A stretch of 63,496 bases of DNA, counting the filler, from Licmophora abbreviata (Eukaryota), in assembly GCA_900291995.1 (NCBI GenBank). It is 11 parts of 11 records of this genome, joined end to end, with 100 filler letters (N's around TTAATTAATTAA, not from the genome) between each part and the next. Parts side by side here need not be neighbours in the genome. Positions count along the whole stretch, not along the records: positions 1 to 26,081 come from OLMU01005338.1; positions 26,182 to 28,758 come from OLMU01005347.1; positions 28,859 to 30,575 come from OLMU01005348.1; positions 30,676 to 32,626 come from OLMU01005349.1; positions 32,727 to 34,161 come from OLMU01005350.1; 6 more parts are not named here. One strand, given 5' to 3'. The position numbers and the translations under genes are program-made. Under the pieces are notes generated by a model, which worked only from the letters and a program-made list of their open reading frames with translations, searched no databases and was not told where the DNA came from. Below are positions 22,671-34,000 of this stretch, piece after piece. Within the stretch, counting starts at the first letter, position 1, and each line of letters opens with the position of its first letter.

Positions 22671-24555
22671 TCATGCCCTCGGGTACTCTGTTGCGAGTTC
22701 AATGGCAGCCGATCGTTCCCGACCCACAGCCGTACGCTGTAGTTCCTGCAAGGCCTGTACCTCATCTTGTTGCTCCACGACACGTCGATCGTGCTCCTCC
22801 GCGACGCGAGCCAGCTCTTTCTTTCGCGCATCTAGGTCTATTTCGTTCATCAGTATCTCGGCGCCATCGCCAACACCGTAGTAAGACAGCGAGCGATCGT
22901 CATCCTCTAATGGTGAAGGGAAGGGGTCATTCTATGGCAGAAGGGAAATACAACAATAAGAATAAAAAAACAGCCCACCTATTCCAAATCAGGCACCATC
23001 GAAACACAGGACGCACCTCGACGCGAAAATGGAGAATTTGCAATTCAGGGTTCAATCCAAACGCCCGGAAGCACATTGCTTTGACTCGTCCTACTTTGAG
23101 GCCTCCGGGGAGCCTCTTGTGAAGCGGAGGCAAATTGCAGCTTGCCGATGCCATCGACATGACTTTAACACTGACTACGTGCTGAGCAACGCTTCCATGA
23201 GACAAAGCCAAGTCAGAATTCACCATCGTGTCCTTGTGTTTCGAGACGAGTTCCTGAAATCGCGCGTGGGAATTGATGACTGCCTCAGTCTGACTCGCAG
23301 CTTCAGTCGATGAAGCGATCAAGAGCTCCTTAGCCACGAAACTGATGTATCGACGCTCGGCCTCGATTCGCTCCTTGGATGATACTGGTGACGAATTCAG
23401 ATATTCAACGTTGGGGAGTCGAGCAATGATTAGTGCGCGCGACTCCGCAGCTCCCATTGTTGCCGAAAGTGGGGTATTTCGGAATCTGAGCGATACAAGC
23501 GATGGGAAAAAGGCAAGACCATCCAGCTCAAGCCAGGAAGAGATCAGGGTTCCAGACAGCTGTAGCAGTGAAAGGCTAGAAAATCCTCCCCTGGATTCGT
23601 CATTGTTGGGAAGGTGCTCGATGGGGTTGTCCTCCAGCAAGAGCTGCTCAAGGTTGGGAACCGCGCCGAGCCACTTCAAATGCTCACTCCAAGAGCCAAT
23701 CCGACAGTCAGAGAAGTCAAGGAAGCGTAGGCGATCGAACCCACAGATGGTCGAATTTTGTGGAAGACACGACATGTCGTTGTGCGCCACGCATAGCTCT
23801 TCAACGTTCGGTATGTAGCGGGCAATCCAAGGAAGCGTATTTGAAGAAAGCGAGCAGCGGTTGAGATTCAGAGTTCTGATTCGCACTAGACTGGAGCGAG
23901 GCACCAAGTCCAGTGGAATGTCACATAGACGATTTGATGCCAGGCTTAGGTGTTCCAGGAGCGGAAAGTTTACAAGGATCTTCACGACCTCGGTCCACTG
24001 GCTCAATAGATTGCCAGCTAGGTCGATATCCCGAAGGCCCACGAAGTCGACCAGACTCTCATCAGCAACGACACCGGAAATCCCCAAACTCCGCAGCGAG
24101 ATCTTGTCAAGATCTTGAAGCTGCTGTCGTGTTCGAATCTGGAGCTCACCGAGAAATTGAATGGGCTTCCCCCTTCCGCTCGCAGTTCGGGCCGAGTGGG
24201 GCAACACATTGTCCGGAGCAACGAGAGGTGCGTCTTGCGTGACGTATTTACTTTGCATGAGTTGGCGATTGAGCTTCGTGCCAAGATCTATCTTTTTGAG
24301 TCGCATGAACGAGCCGCCTTCGCAAGAGAAAAGCCGCACGAGCCGATTCGTTGTGCGACAAATGACAGAGCCATCGTGCTTCCCGCGTGACGCGTCGTCC
24401 CAGGCGATCCCAGCATAGATCTCGTCGGGATCTTTGGCACTTGGAACAGGACCAACGTACAGAACCGTCCCGACGAATCCGTCTCCGTCTCGTACGCGTG
24501 TCGAATTGACATGCAAACTACTTGCGATGCTATCGTTTGTTGCTTCGTTGGCCAT
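22671..24555 (-). CDS. TBCE: Tubulin-specific chaperone E
   Basis: CAP-Gly (GIAWDDASRGKHDG), LRRs, ERIEAERRY, ubiquitin-like C-terminus completed after an intron at about 22932-23016 (PLEDDDRSLSYYGV). Confidence 0.9.
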
Positions 24556-24813
24556 CGTCAGTCGACACTCTTCAGCTTGGTGAATGTTTGCAATTTTTTA
24601 GTTTTTCGTCACTTTTCTATCCTGAGTCGAGGCAGTCAAATTGCTAGTACCGGTAGGTATGATACCACAGAGCGCGGCATCTTCAATCTTGTCTGACCGG
24701 CACATTCGATATGCGCTGCAGATCCCGATGTCGATGCAGGCTGCAGCTACAGTTTCAATGCATAAGCTGCTGATTCTTTTATTGACAATCCCTTATAACC
24801 TACCTACCCCTTC

Positions 24814-25668
24814 ATGCCATCCAGATTAGAGCGATCGTGTGAGCTGCCATCGTCAGGGGCTCCGGCGTTGGTGGCGGATCTTCAATCGAGGCTGGCTGTC
24901 GTTGTGACGCACCCATGGGGTCCGCTTGGCGGAAATTTGCACAACAATGTCGTGAACGCAGCTGTACTGTATTTTCAGAGCCTCAAGATAACGACACTGA
25001 GATTCGATTTTGTGGGGTGGCAGATCGGAGGAGGCAACTATCAAGTACAACAGACACGAGAGGCTGCCGACTTTCTCTTGACAGGGAACCACATCGCCAT
25101 TAAGGGAGCTGGTACTACGAGTAGTAGAGAAGACGAAAGTACGACAAAAGCAGAGCCACCGGCACATATTCTTCTGGTAGGATACTCCTATGGATCTTTG
25201 ATCGCCGCAAGTGCCACTACCAGTATTCCTCAGTGCATCGGATGCGTCTCCATATCGCCTCCCCTTACCATCAAGCACTGGTTGCTTTTCTTTCACTCCA
25301 ACTACCACATGCGACAAGCGAAAAAGCGTCAAAACATGCCAAGGTTAATGATCATTGGATCGAAGGACAACTTTACTTCCGAGAATAAGTTTCACGACAT
25401 GGTCGATTCCTTTCCGGAAGGCTCGACGACCGGGGCAGTTTTGAAAGGTGCAGATCACTTCTACAGACGGCGCGAAAAGGATCTTATGGCCATTGTCGGC
25501 CAGTGGTTGCTCACGACGTACGCTATGTGTGATGGCGACTTACAGAATTTGGCGCAACTGCACTTACAAGGGTACCAAGAACCGAACGCAGAGGCAGAGT
25601 GTACGGCGCCAGATGCGATGCCAGCAACGACGCTTAATTGCGCAGGTGCGCTGATGGGCGGCTACTAG
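24814..25668 (+). CDS. Alpha/beta hydrolase
   Basis: HPWGPLGGNLHNNVV, LRFDF, nucleophile GYSYG, GSKDNF, GADHF. Confidence 0.85.
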   Translation: MPSRLERSCELPSSGAPALVADLQSRLAVVVTHPWGPLGGNLHNNVVNAAVLYFQSLKITTLRFDFVGWQIGGGNYQVQQTREAADFLLTGNHIAIKGAGTTSSREDESTTKAEPPAHILLVGYSYGSLIAASATTSIPQCIGCVSISPPLTIKHWLLFFHSNYHMRQAKKRQNMPRLMIIGSKDNFTSENKFHDMVDSFPEGSTTGAVLKGADHFYRRREKDLMAIVGQWLLTTYAMCDGDLQNLAQLHLQGYQEPNAEAECTAPDAMPATTLNCAGALMGGY

Positions 25669-25824
25669 AGAGTGGACGATCGAGATGGGCGTGACAAGTT
25701 CCGAGTGTTTCCAATCAACATCAGCGTGACAACTTTCAATTATTTCCAAGTAGAAAATATGGCGCGCCGCGACGTGAAGCGATGAACGCGAGACCTACTG
25801 GCACACAGACTGCTGTCCGTTTCT

Positions 25825-25870
25825 GTATCATATCATACCTGGTACGCGTATCATATCATACCTGGTACGC
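25825..25870 (+). repeat. Perfect 23-bp tandem duplication GTATCATATCATACCTGGTACGC x2
   Basis: Read directly from the sequence. Confidence 0.9.
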
Positions 25871-26081
25871 GAACTCGGTATGTACAATCCCTAACAGCTG
25901 GGTTTGGGGTTCCCTGTCTATCCTCTGGATAACGTACCCCCATCTCTTGGTCTCGCCTTCACTTGAGAATTCAAATTTGAATCTCTCTTGACCATGACAG
26001 CCTTTCATAATTTCCTTTCTCTTAAAATAGTAGATTCAAAATCACTCTAGTATGATACTTTTCTGCCTGTGCCTTGTACGG

Positions 26082-26181
26082 NNNNNNNNNNNNNNNNNNN
26101 NNNNNNNNNNNNNNNNNNNNNNNNNTTAATTAATTAANNNNNNNNNNNNNNNNNNNNNNNNNNNNNNNNNNNNNNNNNNNN
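26082..26181. other. Artificial scaffold spacer (N-run/TTAATTAATTAA/N-run); also at 28759, 30576, 32627, 34162, 35578, 44976, 46577, 50157 and 61521
   Basis: Ten 100-nt blocks, each with a six-frame stop linker. Confidence 0.98.
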
Positions 26182-26408
26182 GGTGAATACCTGCTAGCTA
26201 AGTTAGAGAGGAAGGACGCACATGGTGGTAATCGGAGATTTACGATGGCGTATGCGCCACCACCTAGCTACCTGACCGTAGTGCCAGGTAGCTGCACCAC
26301 ATGCTGGATGTAGGCCAGTGTATTCGGGAGGGTGGGTGCTGCAGCGCGTGTCGCTAGCAGCGGGAGATTGTAGTGTTTTTTTTTGTAGTGTAGTGTGTTT
26401 TGGCGTAG

Positions 26409-27557
26409 TCAAAGCACAGGAGTAATAGGAACCTGTTGATTTGGCAATAGGGTGAAGGAGCCGCCTTGGAGCATGCGTCGGGCGAAGTTGCGCATGAGAG
26501 GTTCAGCTTGGACATGAAGGTACCGGAGCATTTCATCACTACGCCAGCGGCCGACAAGGCGGATGCGACTGGTATCGACGTCAGCGCAGAGCAGTGCCAT
26601 GGCGCCGCCGGCTCGTAAGGAGCGTGCGGTAATGTCGGTCGGAAGGAAACCCACGGAAGGCCCCACAACAGTTGTACTGGTACGAAGTGCTGTAGTGATA
26701 TCCTTGGGGGTGACCGGGTGGCGGCGACCGTGTTCGAAGTAGGTCGCCAAGGGTGTGTCAAGGGTGGCTGTGGATTGGCGCAGGTGAGCGACGCGACGGG
26801 TGAGAGCGAGGACGGGACACAGAAGTGGCTCGCCGCTGCGACCCAGACCGATGACCTCGTTGCGCACACCGTTCTTTTGCGTAGTGAAGGTGAGCGTGGC
26901 AAAGGTGACTCGGCCTAGGTCGGGGATTGGGATGGTCGCTGCTTGATGCCGCTGTCGGCCGATCCAGAACTGGACGTCTTGGAGGGTGAAAGGTGTGGTG
27001 TCAGACGGGGCGCCAGTGTACTCGCCGGGCCGGAGGAGAAAGAAGAAGGCCAGGACGATCATGTCGGCGATCGCTTGGTTACCTGGAGATTCATTGGCGA
27101 AGGCGACGTTGAGCACATGACGGACAATTTGGATGGGAATCGGTTTTACCCGATCAGGAGGAGGGTCTTGGCGTTTGTAACCGGCTAGCTGACGTTGGAG
27201 CCGGAAATCTAATTTGCCGAAAGTGTTGAGGCGCGGGTCCGGGGCCCCCATGGACGCGAAGTTTTGACCGACCGCCCGTATGGAGTCCTCCACCGTTCGA
27301 GCTCGGACTGGTTGGTGACGGGGGGCAATGTCGCCAGTTCGGTAGCGGTGCATGTAGACTTGGAGAAGGGTGGTCGGGTCTTCGATTTCCGTGAGGGATG
27401 GATCCAGGTGGAGGGACTGGCAAAAGTTGGTCCAGGTGCGCCAGTGGGAGTCGGCGGCGCTGGCGCGTGAAGAAACGACGCCGGATCGGGCCGCTTTCGT
27501 CGCAGCGCGGAGATCGTGGCGAAAAGCATCGCGGAGGTTGGCTGGTAGAGCTGCCAC
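26409..27557 (-). CDS. Tyrosine recombinase of a DIRS-like element
   Basis: FFFLLRPGEY, TQKNG, LLCPV.AL, ARSLRAGGAMAL, GRWRSDEMLRYL. The ORF begins at a non-ATG codon. Confidence 0.88.
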   Translation of the reverse strand: MAALPANLRDAFRHDLRAATKAARSGVVSSRASAADSHWRTWTNFCQSLHLDPSLTEIEDPTTLLQVYMHRYRTGDIAPRHQPVRARTVEDSIRAVGQNFASMGAPDPRLNTFGKLDFRLQRQLAGYKRQDPPPDRVKPIPIQIVRHVLNVAFANESPGNQAIADMIVLAFFFLLRPGEYTGAPSDTTPFTLQDVQFWIGRQRHQAATIPIPDLGRVTFATLTFTTQKNGVRNEVIGLGRSGEPLLCPVLALTRRVAHLRQSTATLDTPLATYFEHGRRHPVTPKDITTALRTSTTVVGPSVGFLPTDITARSLRAGGAMALLCADVDTSRIRLVGRWRSDEMLRYLHVQAEPLMRNFARRMLQGGSFTLLPNQQVPITPVL

Positions 27558-27797
27558 GGGAGGCGCTGCGGGTAGTGGACATCAAAATGTGTTAGTAACG
27601 CTTCGTCAGTCAGGTGCCACAACCGGGACGCATCATCGGCCATGGCGTTGAGGGGACCGGGGAGATAAGACAGCGTCGGGACATAGCGGTGGTATCGTTG
27701 GTGAAGCGCTTGGAGCCGGAGCAAGTAGGCGGCGGCAGCGTTCGTGGAGATGGATCCCCGCCGGTGCCAGTGGTAGGCTGGAGTATTGTCGGTACTG
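27209..27797 (-). pseudogene. C-terminal fragment of retroelement pol (RNase H)
   Basis: TDNTPAYHW..RGS...LLRLQAL...YLPGPLNAMADDASRL, typical of the DIRS RNase H end; truncated upstream. Confidence 0.72.
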
Positions 27798-28520
27798 GCC
27801 CTTCTTGATCACACCGCACAGCACACATCATCATGACCAGCAATGTCCGACAGACGAATGTATCTCTCGATCCATCTCTCTATCTGTTGACCCCAAGAAA
27901 GAGAGCCATTCCTTTTGTTTCCGCCTCGTTTTGTAACGCTAGCGTCTGACAGTCACGCATCAAGTGATGCGGGAACGAATGACTCGTGACTCAAGGAACG
28001 TCGGCGGCCAGTGACTCGCCAATGACTGCCCTGCGCGCGACTACACTTTTGAACCCAACACTCACAATCAACAATCCACCAGAGGAAGTCATCACGTCGT
28101 CGTCGTCTATCGACCCTGTGTGTGTTAGTCTTCTGACGTTACAGTTTGTCGTTCGACGATCACCTCGTCATTGTCACAAACAAACAGTGACGATCGAGTG
28201 AAATGTGAAATGCCCCGCGCGCGCGATCCGCGATCTAGTCGAGCTTTTAGTCGCGGTTCACGCCGGCCCGTCGTCGCGCCACGTACGTACGTATGAATTA
28301 GTATGCTTTTACGTACTACTCAGAGTAATGTGGAAGGTCAATGTACCACGCACTATCGTACGAAAGACGAAAGGAAAACAGCAGCAACATCACGCAACGG
28401 CGTTCCGAATGGATGGATGGATTCATTCGGATCCAAGACAACACATTTTTTTTTTCTTTCACTTACTTTGGATTCTTTCACTTTGATCTAATAACTGTAT
28501 CAGCACTCTGCTCCAACAGC

Positions 28521-28758
28521 ATGTCTTCCAGCAAAAAGAGCCGAAAGCAAAAGGAAATTGGTGAGCTTTGGAACGCTTGCGTGAATGGCGATTTATCCAC
28601 CGTGCGCATGCTTGTCTGGCAGGGCACGGATATTAATGCGCAGGATGACAAATGGGGAAGGACACCACTTTACGTTGCGGCGGAAAATGGACACATTGAC
28701 GTGGTGAAGGTTTTGGTGGAGAACGGGGCCGACCAGGACCAACCTACTAAGTATGGAA
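28521..28758 (+). CDS. Ankyrin-repeat protein, 5' part (cut by gap)
   Basis: GTDINAQDDKWGRTPLYVAAENGHIDVVKVLVENGAD. Confidence 0.88.
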
Positions 28759-28858
28759 NNNNNNNNNNNNNNNNNNNNNNNNNNNNNNNNNNNNNNNNNN
28801 NNTTAATTAATTAANNNNNNNNNNNNNNNNNNNNNNNNNNNNNNNNNNNNNNNNNNNN

Positions 28859-30504
28859 CACAATATTGCCAAGAACACTTCTCGAAGTACCATGACATCG
28901 AATGCAGGTACTACTCCGTACATGGCAGATGAGTATATTAATTTTCCATACAAGTTTACGGAGAGGAGCGAAGTGTTCTCGGTGGGAGTTGTGCTGGTGA
29001 CACTGCTCATCGGCCATTGCAATTTCGAAAGGTTTGATCACCGTGGGTGCAGTCAAGAATCCCTCCTCGACCACCTAGACAGCTCTGGTGGCAAGTGGGT
29101 CTGTGATGGAAGTAGGGGCTTAGCTGCGCTTGCCTCGCGATGTGTTGCCGCAGACCCGATCAAGAGACCGACGTTGATGGAAATCTACCAGACAGTGCAA
29201 GCCCTGCGGTTTACTGAAGGAGAGAACCTGTCTACATCGCGCCAGTCTACTCTTACTCGATATGTGTCTCGGTCACGGCCATCCCGTCTACCATCTGCCA
29301 AGCAAAATCAGGAGTGTGTGGTTTGTGGAAGATCCACTACCGAGGGCGTCCTTTGCAAAGCACGACATCTCACTTGCTTTGTTGGAAACTGTTTAGAAGA
29401 AACTGTGAGGAAGCAGATCGAGTGTGAGCAGTTCGAATGTTGTGCCTCGGGCTGTCGGCGTCGCTTTTCACCAGACGACGTGTATGGTAAGATCCCCCAC
29501 GGATGTTTTGTTGAATTGCTGGAGGCGCAGACTGGCAGCAAGGACAGGGTAGAGGCTGGCCAAGAGTTGCAGGAGATGATGGACGATGTGGTAGCGAGGC
29601 TAACGGAAGAAATGGATGCGAAGTTTTCGCATATGACAGGGGAAATCCGGGAATCGAAGCAAGCTATGCTTTCGGAACTCTCCGTGACAAGACTCAATTC
29701 CCACAATTCCGAAGAGACACCTACCTTAGAAAGTATCCATGTTATGGTTCAGAATCTCGTATCTGAAACAGGCAAGATCTCAAGGCAGCAAGAGAAGAAT
29801 GAAAAAGAGTGTGAAAAGCTCATGGAGAAGATGGAAGAGGGCGACGACAGTGTAGTGTCAAGGTTGAACGAATTAAGGGGGATGATGCAAGACTTGTCGA
29901 TACAGCAGGTCAAAAGTGTGGATGTATTGGCTTCCGGACGACTGCAATGTCCTCGGCTATGCATTTTCGTTCCAGTCCTGTCTAGAGGAGGGATCAAGAG
30001 GCGAATCAAGGGAATGTTTATGAAAGAGATACAAGTGTATTTCGTCTGCGCCCACAGTCGGACTCTGTCGAGTCCCTTCAAGGTCAAACACCCAGCAGCC
30101 TGGCTGAACGAGCGACGCCATATCTCAAGTTTGTGCTCTTCTCCCTTCGCATCGTGATGCAAACTTATGGGATTCCCATCCCCAACCTTCCCGAATTTAT
30201 CGCAGGTGAAACGGCGAAAGAGAAGTTTACGAGTGTGATTGAGTCTATCGAAGATATGATTGATATCGAGGATATACGTGATCTGGAAGAGTGGTTGCAC
30301 GAGTACCAAGATGGAGGAGAGGACTGGTCTCGCTTTGTTCAACAAAAGGAGAGTGAAATTCCCACCGATTCGTATGCCGCGCTGGTTCAGGAAGCCTACA
30401 AAGCGAAGAACAGGACCTGGATGGATGAAATGGCAATCGCGGGCAGGAAGGACGAGTTTGCTTGGGTGCTGAACAAGCATGTCCCGACTTGGACTGAGGG
30501 ATGA
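28859..30504 (+). CDS. Protein kinase C-lobe + RING-like + coiled coil + C-terminal domain (partial; frameshift near 30108)
   Basis: AGTTPYMADEY, SEVFSVGVVL, RCVAADPIKRP; CVVC...C..HLTC...C...CCASGC; CPRLCIFVP...YFVCAH. Continues in a second frame to 30504. Confidence 0.7.
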
Positions 30505-31072
30505 GATCTCTGGGAGGAGATGCGAGCGTCGATTGGTGGTTGTTGGCAATGTTTTCCACGTTGTATGTAGTCTGANNNNNNNNNNNNNNNNNNNNNNNNN
30601 NNNNNNNNNNNNNNNNNNNTTAATTAATTAANNNNNNNNNNNNNNNNNNNNNNNNNNNNNNNNNNNNNNNNNNNNGTAGTAGCTAGACAATACTGCGGAA
30701 GTAAAGTGTGAAATGTGAATGACATGCTTTGCGAGGCCGTGATGTGGTCATACCGGTATCTGTGGTAGTGTGACCCATTCGTCGTGCTGAGCGCGGTACA
30801 AGTCAATCTCGATACGAGTAGTAACGACAAGAGGATCTTCTCAATAGAGTTCGGTAACGTCAGCCAGAATATACGCGGGAAAGTCGGACCTCGGACGACG
30901 GGTGTCATAGTGCTTGCTGCTTGTCTCGCTCGTCATCGGAACCGGTGCGAGCGCTACAACCTCCTTCCTTTCGGCCGCGATACTAGATTGCATGATGGAC
31001 TGGTAGAATATACATTGATCTGAAAGTACAATGGCGGTGTGTCAGCTTCCTAGAGTATGTATTTTACTTCTC

Positions 31073-34000
31073 TCAGTCTTCTTCCTTCCTCGCACGCAGC
31101 TCATGTGCCACCACGTTCAGTTCCTGCGAGCTCAAACTTTCCAGAGGAACCGTTTTGCACACGCTCATGCGTCCCGACATGTCTCCCACCAGCAGCGTAT
31201 CCTGCCGTTCTCCCTCCACACGCAGTGCCGTAATGGCGCACGAGTGCGGATTCTCTGCCATCAAGTGCCGCAATACGAACTCTCCCTCATCATGGTGGAG
31301 TCCCCACAGGCGAATGTCGCCATTGGAATGACCCGTCACAGCCATGACACCGTCTTCCATCCATTCCGGACAATCAGTCGATACCGCGCAGGTAGGACGA
31401 TTTGCATTACCAAAGTCCTTGCCGGGCCCGGCCGTGGCCAATCTGTTCCCATTGATATCAAAGACGCTCAAGCATGACCCGACCAGCGTCACAATGTGAC
31501 CATTCTTGTGGTTGATCGACACGGAGACAGCTGGACAGGGAGAAACCGACCCAGGAAGCTTCTCAGCTTCGTCCCGAAACGGATGCCGGAGCCTTCGCAC
31601 GAATGTCAACGTTCGTAGATCCCACAGTAGCACTCTTCCATCGGCACTGCCCGTGACAATAGTTCCAGACACCGTGCTAATATCGATACAAGTGATACAA
31701 GCACCGTCGTGACCGCACAGGGTCGCCCGTAGGTCTACGCGCTGACCGTCAAACTTCCACACCCGTACCGATGAGTCGACACAACCTGTCACAAGCCACT
31801 GCCCATTGAGCGACACCGCTGTGACGGAAATGGGTGCGCGATGCATGCAGTCGTGCACGCTCAGCAGCTTGTTCAACTCTCGATAACGCGCGCTCGTTGA
31901 TGCCACGTGCACACTGACGCCGTTGTTGGGTAACCCGAAACGATAGTACTTCTTTTCAGGGATGATCAAGGAACAAGCGCGACCGACTCCAACAATCTGG
32001 CCCTTGACCATGCACACATCACCGACGGATGAATCTATCTGATCAATCATGCCAGCGCGGCAGACGTCAGTCGCCGTAGGACGAAGCAGGACGCGATGCG
32101 GCGCTCCCACAACGCAGAAGGGGGGAGTAAGGGTTGTGGCATACGTCAGTGACCCAAAGTCAATGCTCCGATCTCTCAGTATGGGGACTACTGTCCGTTG
32201 TGGGAACGGCTTTCTCTCCAGGCGACTCGGTGTCTGCCCAAAGTTTTGAATCTGGGCGAGCGTTGACGCCCGAAGCACTGGATCTTCCAGAGCGTCGAGA
32301 TCCACCTCGCCTTCGTACGTGACATGCATAAAAACGTTCAGAGCAGCAACGGCTTCACGACCGAGCTGCTTGTAGCCGAAGACAAGATCGACCCAATGAT
32401 GCAAATTCCTGCTCACATAATCGCTTTCAAGAGCCTTTTCCAACGCAGAAGAAAAAGGAATGTTAGGTACGAAAGAAAACGTCGAGATGTTGAAGACAGC
32501 CAGTCAAGCTTACCTGGCGATTGATGCGGACGAAGCGTCGCGGGTCACCCTTGGCCCAGGTAGGCAGAGTAACATCGTCAATCGTTTTTCCCGACTGCGT
32601 CACACCGAAGTCAAAGTTATTGGTATNNNNNNNNNNNNNNNNNNNNNNNNNNNNNNNNNNNNNNNNNNNNTTAATTAATTAANNNNNNNNNNNNNNNNNN
32701 NNNNNNNNNNNNNNNNNNNNNNNNNNACAACAAACACTCGATCAGGGTCGTCCATTCTAGAAAGGTCGGGGTATGCACTTTTCACATCCGGCTGTTGGCA
32801 CCTGGAAACGCTCGTCGATTGCCACAGAGGATAGAGCTTGCTTGAATGCGGAGGCGTCGGAAACCCATTAGCGGCGCCGCTTGTCAACGATTCTCGGCGG
32901 CTTTTTTGCTGGCCGCTGCCCGTTGGCACCAGTAGGAGATGCTGGATCTTGCTCTCGATGATGTCAATAACCGCCTGTTGCAGATCCGAGTCTCCGGCAT
33001 CATATTCGTCGACTGGACGGCTTCTCTGCAGAGCCGTGATGCAAGTCAACCGCGCGAGATGGGCCGCGTCCAAAGTCAACATATCTCGCTCTGCATTATC
33101 CAGAGTGCGGGACGCGACACTTCCGGGCGTTGTGAAGCAGGTCAGGGATGACATAATGATGTTTACAGCTTCAAGCACCGGTTCCGACATAAAGAAGCCT
33201 GACATTAGCCTGTCCAAGAGAACCGAGCTCACGCCTACACAGTTTGCTAAAGCAACGGGGTCCCCTCGCTGAAAGGTTTCTTCAACTACCGACCTGCAGT
33301 GTTCAATCAGCACAAGATGAAAGGCCTCTACTTGTTCTGGAGAAGCGTGAATGGGAAACGATCGAAAAAGAGCGCTTACGAGAGAAGCCGCTAGAGGACC
33401 CGAGAGAACGGCATGGGACACGACCAGGCGAAGAAGCTGAACCATACCAACACCAGTGCTTCCTGTTTCCTCCTCAGGCTTTCCAACAAATCTCTCTGTT
33501 GGAGTCTCACCTGAAACGACCAAAGCAAGACTCCCTCGCCTAGCCGGTTTCTTCGGATCCAAACTGGGTTGAAAGGGGTCGGATAGCGCTGGGGGACCAT
33601 CCCCGTCGACATTCTGCAATCGTTGGAGTTTCTCGTCATGAACTAGACAGAGTGCCTGCGCCAGAGGCTCAAGAAAGTCCGGGGTACGGCAAAACTCTTG
33701 AAAGGTCGAAGAAAACGCATGCCGATGAGCAAGTAGTCGTAGAACGGCGTCGTTCGTTTGTCTGGCTTTGCGGCCCATTTCATTGTTGAACGGAGCTAGC
33801 TGAATATTACGACCAATGCACTCAGCCAAAAGGGCGAAAATTCCACAGGACGGATCGGACAAACCACGACGACGCACTCGGATGCGATCAGCAATTATCA
33901 GTTCCGCCGCGTCGCCTTCCGTGTCAAAGATTTCGTACAATTGATCCGCATCCAAGACTGCAAGACATGGCAAATGGAGAATGTGCGCGTAGAGCAGCTG

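Larger units (their letters stand above)
26182..27797 (-). mobile_element. 5'-truncated DIRS/Ngaro-type tyrosine-recombinase retrotransposon
   Basis: RNase H C-terminus overlapping a YR ORF; higher GC than flanks; no RT found upstream. Confidence 0.8.

Noticed and set aside
1..24555. APC7, RPA2, NDC80 and TBCE as a mitotic gene cluster
   Set aside because: Interspersed with unrelated genes; compatible with chance in a compact genome.
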